A stretch of 36,899 nucleotides of DNA from a virus. Lineage: Duplodnaviria > Caudoviricetes. The translations under genes were made by a program, and so were the position numbers. The DNA is taken from IMG/VR virus record IMGVR_UViG_3300046786_000150, positions 1 through 36,899 of that record; one strand, 5' to 3'. The notes under the pieces were generated by a model. The model was not told the DNA's origin. It did not search any database and was given only the letters and a program-made list of their open reading frames with translations. This document shows positions 17,738 to 27,035 of this stretch, one piece after another; position 1 is the stretch's first letter, and the number at the start of each line of letters is the position of its first letter.

Positions 17738-18043
17738 ATGGCTCTCACGCCCTTAACTGAACGCCAAAAGACCTTGATTGTGAACAATGTAGTCAAGGCC
17801 TGTAAGAATATCGAAAGCCTGAACAAAACCGGGTACAACTACTTGTATTTGTGCAGTGGGTTTATCGCTCATTATGACCTTTACGGCTTTCAAGCAAACT
17901 ATGATGATGGCAGTCTCAAGCGTGACATTATCAACTACGCTGGACAAAATCAGTGGAAAAACTTCCGTCCGGGCGAACGGGATTATGAATACTATAGTTC
18001 TAAAGCTGACGTATACAACCGAATCTTGGCTCAAATTATTTGA
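17738..18043 (+). CDS. Hypothetical early protein
   Basis: SD AAAGGA then ATG 17738; 101 aa. Confidence 0.75.
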   Translation: MALTPLTERQKTLIVNNVVKACKNIESLNKTGYNYLYLCSGFIAHYDLYGFQANYDDGSLKRDIINYAGQNQWKNFRPGERDYEYYSSKADVYNRILAQII

Positions 18044-18068
18044 CAATAAATCAGGATCCTGATATACT
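18040..18068 (+). promoter_or_regulatory. Early sigma70 promoter, copy 2 (leaderless transcript likely)
   Basis: TTGACA-17-TATACT; ATG 6 nt downstream; no SD. Confidence 0.85.
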
Positions 18069-18074
18069 ACTAGT

Positions 18075-18533
18075 ATGGAAATCGAAGTTCTAACCCGCAA
18101 AAGTTCTCGCAAAGAAGTGATTCAGGCGTCAGCCGAATTCTATGCGAAAAAACTCAACATTCTCAAAAGTAAGTACAAAGTATACATTTGTATGGACCCG
18201 AGTCTAGCCAAAGAATCCGAAGCAAACGGCATGTGTGCTAAGACTGGTGCCAAAGAAATCACCATTGCATTGTACAGCCGACTTCCTGCTAGCAAATTGT
18301 TTGTGACACTGGCACATGAAATGGTTCACGCAAAGCAAATGATGCGCGGTCAATACCGAATTGAAGTGGGTCCGAGGAACAAAACCACACACTATTGGAT
18401 GGGCAAACCCGTCAAAAAATCATACATTGAACGTCCCTGGGAAATCGAGGCGTTTCAACGTGAAGGAGTTCTTCTCCGGCATCTGAGTGATGTTGTTGAA
18501 AAGAATATGAAAAAGGGTAAAAAGCGTAGTTGA
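18075..18533 (+). CDS. Putative Zn metallopeptidase (HExxH)
   Basis: TLAHEMVHAKQ and downstream PWEIEAF. Confidence 0.8.
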   Translation: MEIEVLTRKSSRKEVIQASAEFYAKKLNILKSKYKVYICMDPSLAKESEANGMCAKTGAKEITIALYSRLPASKLFVTLAHEMVHAKQMMRGQYRIEVGPRNKTTHYWMGKPVKKSYIERPWEIEAFQREGVLLRHLSDVVEKNMKKGKKRS

Positions 18534-18558
18534 CAATAAATCAATTATGCTATATACT
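18530..18558 (+). promoter_or_regulatory. Early sigma70 promoter, copy 3
   Basis: TTGACA-17-TATACT. Confidence 0.85.
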
Positions 18559-18604
18559 AATGATTCTCAAGTTTTATATCAGCCATTAACACAAGGAGTT
18601 CAAC

Positions 18605-19708
18605 ATGGCATCAGTCGTTTCTGACAACCTCACTATCACTAGTGTTCAAGCCCGCAAAGCAATTTTGCAGGCATTCAAAACTCAACGCCCCGTTTTCTTG
18701 TGGGGTCCTCCCGGTATTGGCAAGTCTGATGTTATCGCCGAGATTACTGAGGAACTCGGTGGTCTTATGATTGACTTGCGTATGGCACAGATGGAACCTA
18801 CTGACATTCGTGGTATCCCTTTCTACAACAAAGACAAAAATGTAATGGAGTTTGCACCTCCGATTGACTTGCCTGATGAGGAACTCGCAAGTAAATATCC
18901 TATCGTTGTTCTTTTCCTTGATGAAATGAACTCGGCCCCTCCCGCAGTGCAAGCGGCAGGCTATCAGCTTATTCTCAACCGCAAAGTTGGTCGTTATACT
19001 TTGCCCGATAACGTTGTATTGGTTGCCGCAGGTAACCGTGATAGTGACAAGGGTGTGACTTATCGTATGCCGATGCCCCTTGCTAATCGTTTCGTTCACT
19101 TGGAAATGCGTCCTGACTTTACGTCTTGGCAACAATGGGCTGTGAAGAAAAACATTCACAAGGACGTTGTTGGTTACTTGTCATTCGCTAAAAATGACTT
19201 GTACGATTTTGATGCTAAGTCGTCCAGTCGTGCATTCGCTACTCCTCGTTCATGGGTGTTCGTTAGTGACCTCTTGAATGATGAAGCAAACATGGACACC
19301 GATACTCAATTCAACTTGGTTGCAGGTGCAGTTGGTGAAGGTCTTGCAGTTAAGTTTGCCGCACACCGCAAAGTTGCAGGTCGTATGCCCGAGCCTAGCG
19401 ATATTCTTTCTGGTAAGGTCAAAGACTTGCAAGTGAAAGAAATCTCCGCAATGTACGCATTGACTATTGCAATGTGCTATGAGTTGAAAGACTCCGTACA
19501 AAACAAGAAGGTTGACAACAAGAAGTTCCATGAAATGGCTCAAAACTTCTTTGAATACATGATGAACAACTTTGAGACTGAGTTGGTTGTTATGGGTGCC
19601 AAGATTGCGCTTAAGACTTATGAGTTGCCCATTGAACCCAGTCAGTTGAAGAACTTTGACGAGTTCCACAAGAAATACGGCAAGTACATTGTGGAAGCAG
19701 GTAACTGA
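18605..19708 (+). CDS. MoxR-like AAA+ ATPase
   Basis: Walker A GPPGIGKS, Walker B LFLDE, AAGN sensor, PLANRF arginine finger, TPRSW. Confidence 0.9.
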   Translation: MASVVSDNLTITSVQARKAILQAFKTQRPVFLWGPPGIGKSDVIAEITEELGGLMIDLRMAQMEPTDIRGIPFYNKDKNVMEFAPPIDLPDEELASKYPIVVLFLDEMNSAPPAVQAAGYQLILNRKVGRYTLPDNVVLVAAGNRDSDKGVTYRMPMPLANRFVHLEMRPDFTSWQQWAVKKNIHKDVVGYLSFAKNDLYDFDAKSSSRAFATPRSWVFVSDLLNDEANMDTDTQFNLVAGAVGEGLAVKFAAHRKVAGRMPEPSDILSGKVKDLQVKEISAMYALTIAMCYELKDSVQNKKVDNKKFHEMAQNFFEYMMNNFETELVVMGAKIALKTYELPIEPSQLKNFDEFHKKYGKYIVEAGN

Positions 19709-19757
19709 TTTGTCAACATAAAGTTGACTCCCTCGGAGCCGAAAGGTTCTGTTTTAT

Positions 19758-19789
19758 GAGCGAGGGTAGAAATATCCTTGCTCTTTTTT
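19758..19789 (+). terminator. Intrinsic terminator with a possible antiterminator alternative
   Basis: GAGCGAGGGTA-GAAA-TATCCTTGCTC-TTTTTT; CCCTCG (19730-35) is complementary to its 5' arm. Confidence 0.75.
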
Positions 19790-19802
19790 ATTAAGGAAGT
19801 AT

Positions 19803-19955
19803 ATGTCAGGTAAAAAGTATTTTTATGCGCTTGGTCAAAGTGTCCGTGCACGTGGTTGGACCAAGTCTGAAGGTGAATCCTTCTATAGTTTGGAATCGGC
19901 TTTGCCATATGCCAACATTGCCTTTGACGCAGGCTTTCGTGGACTTTCACTATGA
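19803..19955 (+). CDS. 50-aa hypothetical protein (MSGKKYFYALGQ...DAGFRGLSL)
   Basis: SD AAGGA; open frame; ATGA overlap with the next gene; below the ORF-track cut-off. Confidence 0.7.
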   Translation: MSGKKYFYALGQSVRARGWTKSEGESFYSLESALPYANIAFDAGFRGLSL

Positions 19956-20218
19956 CTGAAGAAAAGAAAAAACCCGAAATCATTTTTGCACCTGGCTGCT
20001 TTGATGACTTTGAAGGTACCCAAGAAGAATTGGATGAAATGGTAGCAAACATTCATAAAATGTTTGAAAGTGGTGAAGCATTTGAAAACGCCAAGCAAGT
20101 AGATATTAAAGAATTCGTAGAGGGTTTAACCGATGAAGAAATTGAAATGATGTTGGAACAACTTCGGGATTCTGAGGAACAGGAAGAAACCGTAAATTCC
20201 AACAGGAAGCTCCACTGA
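19952..20218 (+). CDS. Acidic hypothetical protein
   Basis: 88 aa, very Glu/Asp-rich; coupled to the upstream ORF. Confidence 0.7.
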   Translation: MTEEKKKPEIIFAPGCFDDFEGTQEELDEMVANIHKMFESGEAFENAKQVDIKEFVEGLTDEEIEMMLEQLRDSEEQEETVNSNRKLH

Positions 20219-20219
20219 T

Positions 20220-20248
20220 TTGACAATAAATCCGTGTTATGTTATAAT
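20220..20248 (+). promoter_or_regulatory. Early sigma70 promoter, copy 4
   Basis: TTGACA-17-TATAAT. Confidence 0.9.
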
Positions 20249-20272
20249 ACTTGTATCGTATAAGGAGTAACC

Positions 20273-21559
20273 ATGAGTGACGTAATTGACAAAGTAAAAT
20301 CTAAAAAGAAGCGTAGTGCTAAATTTGAAAATCTTGTAGGTCCTACTGATAAAAATATTGACCATCAGGCACGTGAGCGACTAGTTACCGCACGTATTGG
20401 TCTATTGCTACGTCATTCGTTTTTTGGTAATCTTGCAACTCGAATGCAACTAATTAATGCTGATGAATGGTGTAGCACAGCCGCAACAGACGGCTTGAAA
20501 TTCTATTACAATAGCCGATTCATTATGATGTTGAAGCCTAAAGAGGTTGAGTTCCTTGTAGGTCACGAAGTGTTGCACGTAGTGTATGACCATATGGGTC
20601 GCAGGAATACACGTGATCCTCAGATTTGGAACATTGCGGACGACTATGCAGTTAATGCCGACTTGAAACGTCACAAAGTGGGTCAATTCATTACTACTGT
20701 TCCTTGCTTGTACGAACAAAAATATGACGGCAAGCCTGCTGAGGAAATCTATGATGACCTGATGAAGAATGTACAAAAGATTGACGTAGACAGTTTGGTT
20801 GACCAACTCATCGATGACCACATGGATGGTGAAGATGATAGTGATGGCGATGATGGTGACAAAGAGGGCAAAGGCAAGCGCCCTAAAATGTCTCAGGAAG
20901 AACGTGAGCGTGTCCGTCAAGAAATCAAGCAGGCAATTATCAATGCCGCACAAAGTGCCGAAGCAGGCACATTGCCCAAAGGTGTCGAGCGTTTGGTTCG
21001 TCAAGCTACTAACCCTGTCATGCCCTGGCGTGAGTTGTTGCAAACTAACTTGACCAGTGCTATTCGCACAGATTACAGTTGGATGCGTCCTTCACGCCGT
21101 GGTTGGCACATGGATGCTGTTATGCCCGGTATGACCCCGGGTGAAGAAATTGACGTTGTAGTGTCCATTGACATGTCGGGTTCTATTAGTGACAAACAAG
21201 CACAACAATTCCTGGGTGAAATCGCAGGCATGATGGAATCGTTTGATGGCTACAAGGTGCATGTATTCTGTTTTGATACTAAGTGGTACAACCCACAAGA
21301 CTTCACTTCAGAGAACATGGACTCAATTGAACACTATCAGCCAATGGGCGGTGGCGGCACTGACTTTGATGTTATCTTTGATTACCTCAAAGAAGTTGGC
21401 AATGTACCCAAGCGACTGATTGTTTTCACTGACGGTTATCCTTGTGGTTCTTGGGGTGATCCTGATTACTGTGATACTACATGGATCATTCATGGTGACC
21501 CCGATCCTCGTCCCCCATTCGGTGCGTGGGCGATTTATGACGACCACAAGAAAGGCTGA
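20273..21559 (+). CDS. DUF2201-type metallopeptidase plus VWA-like domain protein (MoxR partner)
   Basis: TAATDG, HEVLH, WNIA.DY.VN, MIDAS DMSGS, GGGGTDF, FTDGY. Confidence 0.88.
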   Translation: MSDVIDKVKSKKKRSAKFENLVGPTDKNIDHQARERLVTARIGLLLRHSFFGNLATRMQLINADEWCSTAATDGLKFYYNSRFIMMLKPKEVEFLVGHEVLHVVYDHMGRRNTRDPQIWNIADDYAVNADLKRHKVGQFITTVPCLYEQKYDGKPAEEIYDDLMKNVQKIDVDSLVDQLIDDHMDGEDDSDGDDGDKEGKGKRPKMSQEERERVRQEIKQAIINAAQSAEAGTLPKGVERLVRQATNPVMPWRELLQTNLTSAIRTDYSWMRPSRRGWHMDAVMPGMTPGEEIDVVVSIDMSGSISDKQAQQFLGEIAGMMESFDGYKVHVFCFDTKWYNPQDFTSENMDSIEHYQPMGGGGTDFDVIFDYLKEVGNVPKRLIVFTDGYPCGSWGDPDYCDTTWIIHGDPDPRPPFGAWAIYDDHKKG

Positions 21560-21560
21560 T

Positions 21561-21665
21561 TTGACTTTTTGGGGTTTCTTTTTAGAGTGCGTGTTATGGA
21601 TAGCAATATTCATAACCGTACTTTTTGTCATTGAAAAAATACTTAATGATATAGACAAGCCATGA
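21561..21665 (+). CDS. Possible 34-aa membrane peptide (TTG start)
   Basis: Fills the gap between genes; single hydrophobic segment; ATGA overlap with the next gene. Confidence 0.4.
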   Translation: MTFWGFFLECVLWIAIFITVLFVIEKILNDIDKP

Positions 21666-21988
21666 ATAATTATATAGCAATGTGGGATATGTATGGTCTT
21701 GAAATGTTGTTTGATGTTACTGATTGGTCAAAGAAAGTAACTTGGGCAACATTAAAAGAAGAACCGGTGCCCGGAGGACCCAATCTGCAATTAATGATTT
21801 TACGTGCTAGAACAAACAGCCAAAGATGTTATGAAATTTATAGTTTCAATGCTGAATCAAATATATCAGAACAAGATATAAAATCGGCTTTTAAAGATAA
21901 TCCGCAACCTATCGTAGACTTCATTCGTAAGAACGGCGAAAAGATTTACAGCGACAGAAGCGATACCCAAAAGCAAGTTATTGTATGA
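21662..21988 (+). CDS. Hypothetical protein
   Basis: 108-aa ORF coupled to its neighbours. Confidence 0.7.
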   Translation: MNNYIAMWDMYGLEMLFDVTDWSKKVTWATLKEEPVPGGPNLQLMILRARTNSQRCYEIYSFNAESNISEQDIKSAFKDNPQPIVDFIRKNGEKIYSDRSDTQKQVIV

Positions 21989-22242
21989 TACCCAATCCAA
22001 GCAATTGGTTTAGTAAACGTGAATTAAATGTATGCCCACCGCATTTCGTAAAGTCCAATGCACCTGTAAGTAACGATTCTCAAATGTGGGTAACTGCCAA
22101 ACTTAAAGGTAGATTCGCTATTACATTGGAAGTAGAAGAAACAATGGATATGTTTGTATTGAATATTACGAAACCTTGTATAGCATTTGAAGATCCTGCT
22201 GAAGCAATGATATACGAACTACGTTGGTCAGGCACGAAATAA
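21985..22242 (+). CDS. Hypothetical protein
   Basis: 85-aa ORF ending AFEDPAEAMIYELRW. Confidence 0.7.
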   Translation: MIPNPSNWFSKRELNVCPPHFVKSNAPVSNDSQMWVTAKLKGRFAITLEVEETMDMFVLNITKPCIAFEDPAEAMIYELRWSGTK

Positions 22243-22299
22243 ATTTCGTAACTATAAACTTATATTAAATACTTTGCTGAAAGGCGCAAGGAGATTATT

Positions 22300-22986
22300 A
22301 TGAGTTTTATCAGACACGTAGGAAAAATTGGTGATCGCAAAGTTGCAATCGTATTTCGTGAAATACCCAATGAGCCACATATGGCATTGGTAACCTACAC
22401 AGAAACTTTAAACAGCCATGTACACGATCCATTGATGACAGCTATTGAGAGTTCAGCCGCTCAACAATCGCAGAACCTAGCTGAGATTTTGAATAGATCC
22501 TACACAAAAGATGGTAAGATCATTCTTCACATGCTTCATACTGAAGGATTACTCAAGAAAGTTCAAACATCACAAATTTTAGTAACACCCAACAGTCGTA
22601 CAAGTATTAGACTAGATGAGTTAAACAAAATTTTAAGCGAGATGGATCAAGGTGAAGCTGCTGTAAAACGTTTAGCGGAAATAGACGCAAGCCGCGGATT
22701 GCAAGATCCTGCAGATGTTGCACGTAGAGTACGTGAGAGCAAGAACCCCGCACCACCGGTAGCATCAGCACAACCAGGATTGATGGGAGATTCAGAATTA
22801 GCAAACAACTTACGCCAACAGGCTACTAGAATGGCTGCTGAAGCAAAAGGATTGTTAGCCGAATCGGATAGATTGATGAAAGAGGCTATGCAAATGGAAG
22901 GTCTTCCCTTAGAGACACAGCCTACTATTCAAGCACCCGCACCTAAAAAGAGAGGTCGTCCTGCAAAGGCAAAAGTAACCGTCTAA
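22300..22986 (+). CDS. Hypothetical protein with coiled coil and C-terminal AT-hook-like KKRGRP
   Basis: SD AAGGAG; TTAAATA at 22265-22271; 228 aa. Confidence 0.8.
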   Translation: MSFIRHVGKIGDRKVAIVFREIPNEPHMALVTYTETLNSHVHDPLMTAIESSAAQQSQNLAEILNRSYTKDGKIILHMLHTEGLLKKVQTSQILVTPNSRTSIRLDELNKILSEMDQGEAAVKRLAEIDASRGLQDPADVARRVRESKNPAPPVASAQPGLMGDSELANNLRQQATRMAAEAKGLLAESDRLMKEAMQMEGLPLETQPTIQAPAPKKRGRPAKAKVTV

Positions 22987-22990
22987 CAAA

Positions 22991-23287
22991 ATGACACCTG
23001 ATTACATTAGAAAATGGGAACACATCCTAGAAGATGTGGAAAAGAGTAAGGTGCCGATACAGTTTATTAAAAAGATTGTAGTAAAGATGGTTGGAAAGAA
23101 GCAACATACAATCAATATACATAACTTGTTGAAGCAGGGTCTAGAACCAGAAGAAATTGAAGATGTAGTATCTAGGAAATTGAATGAACTGGATCCACTA
23201 ATAACTAGTTTTGAATTCATACTAAATGTCGAATCTATCGCACAAACAGTACAACCAGAAACAGATAAGTTGTTAGGAAAATTATGA
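22991..23287 (+). CDS. Hypothetical protein
   Basis: 98-aa ORF in an operon with dfr/thyA. Confidence 0.75.
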   Translation: MTPDYIRKWEHILEDVEKSKVPIQFIKKIVVKMVGKKQHTINIHNLLKQGLEPEEIEDVVSRKLNELDPLITSFEFILNVESIAQTVQPETDKLLGKL

Positions 23288-23727
23288 AATTAATTATAGC
23301 TTGTGACCCAAAAGGTGGGATAGGCTATCAAAACAAATTGCCCTGGGATAAACTCCAGGGCGATTTACCTAGATTCAAAGAATTGACTACGGGTAAAATA
23401 GTATTGATGGGCCGAAACACCTATGAAAGTTTGCCTAAGAAAACTTTACCTAACAGAACAGTTTGGGTGAAAACAACTAGACCGATAGGCGATGTTGTAA
23501 ATCCAAGTGATGACGTAATTGTAAAAGAGCGTGAGATATGGTTGATAGGTGGAGCCAAAATGATAAACAGCTATTGGCAATACATCGATGAAATTCACTT
23601 GTCTAGGACATTCACCGAATACACTTGTGATACATTCATAGATGTTGTAAAATTACAAGATGAATTTGTGTGTTGGTTCAAAGAAGATTTAACTGACCAT
23701 TCATATGAAATTTGGAAACGTAAATGA
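23284..23727 (+). CDS. folA: Dihydrofolate reductase
   Basis: GIG..N.LPW, DL.RFK.LT.G..V.MGR.TYESLP, LPNR, IGGA, CDTF. Confidence 0.95.
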   Translation: MKLIIACDPKGGIGYQNKLPWDKLQGDLPRFKELTTGKIVLMGRNTYESLPKKTLPNRTVWVKTTRPIGDVVNPSDDVIVKEREIWLIGGAKMINSYWQYIDEIHLSRTFTEYTCDTFIDVVKLQDEFVCWFKEDLTDHSYEIWKRK

Positions 23728-24629
23728 GACAATACTTAGATTTATTACAAGACATTTTAGATAACGGAGAAGAAAAAGATGACAGAACTGGCGTTGGGAC
23801 TGTTAGTGTTTTTGGACGTCATCTTCGCTTTGATTTGCGTAGGGGTTTTCCAGCTGTCACTACCAAGAAACTTGCATGGAAAGCCTGTGTCGGAGAACTA
23901 CTTTGGTTCATCGAAGGCTCAAGTGACGAAAGGCGCCTTGCGGAAATCACGCATGGTACGAAAGACGGCACGGTTACAATATGGACGCCGAATGCAGTTG
24001 CACCGTATTGGAAAGATAAAGCAGAATACGAAGGTGATCTCGGTAGAGTCTACGGAGTCCAATGGAGGCATTGGCGCAAATATGATGAAATGAAAGACAT
24101 GGGTCCTGCGCATCTAAAACCTGATGCGAATCGTGTTGCTACCGACAGACATGAAGTTGACCAATTAACACAACTCATTGAAGGCTTGAAAAAAGATCCT
24201 AGTAGTCGTAGACACATTATTAGTGCATGGAACGTGGGTGAGTTGGATCAAATGGCATTACCTCCTTGCCATGTAATGTCACAATTCAATGTAAGCAAGC
24301 ATGGTGAATTAAGTTGTCACATGTATCAACGTAGCGTTGATGTGTTCTTGGGCCTACCATTTAATATTGCTAGCTATGCTTTATTAACACATATGTTAGC
24401 TCAAGTATGTGATTTAACAGTAGGTGATTTAGTAATCAGTACTGGCGATACACATTTGTATAAGAATCACTTGTCACAAGTTAAAGAGCAACTATTACGT
24501 AAGCCTTTGGGAAACCCTGCACTGATATTGAATCCTGATATTAAGGATATCACAAAATTTACAATGAATGATATTGTGTTAGAAGGATATCAAAGCCATG
24601 AAGCAATCAAAGCACCAATGGCCGTCTGA
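23724..24629 (+). CDS. thyA: Thymidylate synthase
   Basis: DRTGVGT, TTKK, ELLWF, YGVQWR, MALPPCH, YQRSVDVFLGLPFN. Confidence 0.97.
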   Translation: MRQYLDLLQDILDNGEEKDDRTGVGTVSVFGRHLRFDLRRGFPAVTTKKLAWKACVGELLWFIEGSSDERRLAEITHGTKDGTVTIWTPNAVAPYWKDKAEYEGDLGRVYGVQWRHWRKYDEMKDMGPAHLKPDANRVATDRHEVDQLTQLIEGLKKDPSSRRHIISAWNVGELDQMALPPCHVMSQFNVSKHGELSCHMYQRSVDVFLGLPFNIASYALLTHMLAQVCDLTVGDLVISTGDTHLYKNHLSQVKEQLLRKPLGNPALILNPDIKDITKFTMNDIVLEGYQSHEAIKAPMAV

Positions 24630-24873
24630 GGCACAATCTACTATTGTATACGAAGTTCATAGATTTAATATGGGCGATGTAGAAGATCCAGATTTGTGGG
24701 CGGCACAGAGTCTTATGGATTTTGAAAAGTCAGACAAGGGAAAATGGGTAATGAGTAACTCTGCTCCCCAAGCAAGTTGGCATCGTATACCATGCGACTA
24801 TGGGTGGCAATATCAGATACGCGCCTATCTTACTCCAAACCAAATAACATATTATAAATTAAAATACGAATGA
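24598..24873 (+). CDS. Hypothetical protein
   Basis: ORF filling the thyA-epimerase gap; start uncertain. Confidence 0.65.
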   Translation: MKQSKHQWPSEAQSTIVYEVHRFNMGDVEDPDLWAAQSLMDFEKSDKGKWVMSNSAPQASWHRIPCDYGWQYQIRAYLTPNQITYYKLKYE

Positions 24874-25832
24874 ATATATTAGTAACAGGTGGACTAGGAC
24901 TCATAGGACATAATGTAGTCAAACGATTACAAGACATGGGTCACTTAGTATCTATTATGGATACTAAAACAAACTACGGCATCATTCCTCAAAAAGAAAT
25001 TGATTACTTGATGAGTGAACGTAGGAAAAACATTGATGTGGATAGTTATATCTATGACCGTGATATTTGTGATAGTAATGCAGTTGACCATGTATTCAAT
25101 GTAGAGCAACCAGAGATTGTAATTCATTGTGCTAGCTTCCCAAGACAAAAAGTAGTAAATGCGAATCCAAGTATGGGGAGTCGTGTTATGAGTGAAGGGT
25201 TACTCAACTTGCTGGAAGCTAGCAATAAATATGAGGTACGTAAATTCATCTATATCAGCAGTTCAATGGTATATGGTGATTTCAAAGATGATGTGAAAGA
25301 AGATTATGACTGTAAACCACAAGGACAATATGGTATCCTCAAACTCGCAGGTGAATGGCTTGTTAAAGATTGTAGTCGTAGGACAAATCTTGCTTATACT
25401 ATTATACGCCCCAGTGCTGTATATGGTCCATACGATGTGGAAGACAGGGTCATCAGTAAATTTATTCTTAATGCAATGCGTGGAATCCCCCTCAAAGTTA
25501 ACGGGGCAGGAGAAACCCTCGACTTCACCTACGTTGCCGACGCCGCAGATGGAATTGTCGCCGCCAGTTTATCAGACGCCACCGACAACAAAACCTATAA
25601 CATAACTAAGTCACATAGTCATACTTTACTTGATGCAGCCAAACTAGCTGTAAAAGTCGCAGGTAAAGGGGAAATCATAGTAGGCAATCGTGATTTAGAC
25701 TTTCCTAGCAGGGGAGCATTGAATATTGAAGCTGCCCGCAGAGACTTTGGATTTGATCCTAAAATTGATGTAGAAGAAGGCTTTCAAATATACTATGATT
25801 GGCTGAAAAACGATTCCTACTTTAATAAATAA
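24870..25832 (+). CDS. NAD-dependent epimerase/dehydratase
   Basis: TGGLGLIG, ISSSMVYG, YGILK (YxxxK), RPSAVYGP, DFTYV.D. Confidence 0.92.
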   Translation: MNILVTGGLGLIGHNVVKRLQDMGHLVSIMDTKTNYGIIPQKEIDYLMSERRKNIDVDSYIYDRDICDSNAVDHVFNVEQPEIVIHCASFPRQKVVNANPSMGSRVMSEGLLNLLEASNKYEVRKFIYISSSMVYGDFKDDVKEDYDCKPQGQYGILKLAGEWLVKDCSRRTNLAYTIIRPSAVYGPYDVEDRVISKFILNAMRGIPLKVNGAGETLDFTYVADAADGIVAASLSDATDNKTYNITKSHSHTLLDAAKLAVKVAGKGEIIVGNRDLDFPSRGALNIEAARRDFGFDPKIDVEEGFQIYYDWLKNDSYFNK

Positions 25833-25836
25833 GTGA

Positions 25837-26280
25837 ATGTGGATAATCAAGTTCATGCCCGAATGGGCGTTTCATATGTTATTAATTGCGGGTCTATTGT
25901 CAACAATAGCTGGATTCGCATTGGGTATGATTCCGTTTATAAAGAAATATGCCCTAGCATTGAAAATACTGGGTATTACAGGATTGTGCCTAGCACTCTA
26001 TCTAGAGGGTGGGTTAGCGGATTACAAGGAATGGGAACTCAGGGTCAAGGAGATGGAAGCTAAAGTCGCAAAGGCAGAAGCTGAATCTCAAAAAGCAAAT
26101 ACTGAAATCGTAGAAAAGATTGTCTATAAAGACAAGATTATCAAAGAAAAAGCACAAGTCGTTAAACAATACATTGACCGTGAGATTGTAAAATACGATG
26201 AAACTTGTAAGATTCCTGAACCAGTAATCAAAGCACATAACGCAGCCGCAAAGAATCAAGCAATTGAGGATAAGAAATGA
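25837..26280 (+). CDS. Putative inner-membrane spanin (Rz-like)
   Basis: N-terminal TM segments, coiled coil, C-terminal C.IP....HN.A; overlaps a lipoprotein gene. Confidence 0.7.
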   Translation: MWIIKFMPEWAFHMLLIAGLLSTIAGFALGMIPFIKKYALALKILGITGLCLALYLEGGLADYKEWELRVKEMEAKVAKAEAESQKANTEIVEKIVYKDKIIKEKAQVVKQYIDREIVKYDETCKIPEPVIKAHNAAAKNQAIEDKK

Positions 26281-26540
26281 AATACTTGTTAGTTGCTTTG
26301 TTAATGACTCTTTCAGCTTGTTCCACTACTGTACCAGTAACAGCTAAGTTCCCCGATGTGCCTAAACGACTAATGGAAAAATGTCCTCAACTTGAAACAG
26401 TTAAGGACGATGCGAAGTTAAGTGAATTGACAAAGACAGTTACTATGAACTATTCAACTTATTATAGTTGCGCGGTAACAGTTGACTCTTGGATCGAATG
26501 GTACGGTATTCAGAAGAATATATTTGAAAAAGTCAAATAA
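26277..26540 (+). CDS. Putative outer-membrane spanin lipoprotein (Rz1-like)
   Basis: Lipobox LSAC; Pro-rich region; C.....N...Y..C.....WI.W. Confidence 0.75.
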   Translation: MKYLLVALLMTLSACSTTVPVTAKFPDVPKRLMEKCPQLETVKDDAKLSELTKTVTMNYSTYYSCAVTVDSWIEWYGIQKNIFEKVK

Positions 26541-26981
26541 TTACTGACACCAAGACGTTTTAGCTTCCCCGTAATATTCACGGGCATATCCATTCTGTAT
26601 TAACATCATACGTAGGCTTTGTCCGTTCAACAATACATCACCTAACACTCTACCACCATACTTGTCCCAATCCATCAATATTACTTGACGTTTTTGTGAT
26701 TGTTCTACCATCTTTTTGGTAAACAGAGTGGCTGCTTGCCCACGTTCATTTTCTTGTGGACACTGTGCCCTATGTCCCTTTTCAGGGGTATCTACCCCAA
26801 ATACACGTATAGATAGTTCTTTTTTCAAGGGTTCTGGTAAAAAAGGTGCTTGGAAAGCCACAGTATCTCCGTCTACTACTCTAGTAATCACAGCATCGTA
26901 AGTAACACCAGGCTTTTGTTTTTGTGCCATGACAGTTACAGACACTAGACTAAGGATTAAGATTGATAATAAGTTTTTCAT
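26541..26981 (-). CDS. Thermonuclease (SNase-like) with signal peptide
   Basis: RVVDGDT, IRVFGVDTPE, DKYGGRVLGDV, LI.NGYA..Y; TATAAATA 5 nt before ATG. Confidence 0.9.
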   Translation of the reverse strand: MKNLLSILILSLVSVTVMAQKQKPGVTYDAVITRVVDGDTVAFQAPFLPEPLKKELSIRVFGVDTPEKGHRAQCPQENERGQAATLFTKKMVEQSQKRQVILMDWDKYGGRVLGDVLLNGQSLRMMLIQNGYAREYYGEAKTSWCQ

Positions 26982-27035
26982 ATACTTATTTATATTATGG
27001 ACAGATAAATACTACATAAGTGGAAGAAGAATGAC

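Noticed and set aside
23724-25832. thyA as a DNA-hypermodifying dCMP hydroxymethylase with a sugar enzyme
   Set aside because: It has the canonical dUMP-specific PFN motif and is paired with DHFR; nothing ties the epimerase to DNA modification.
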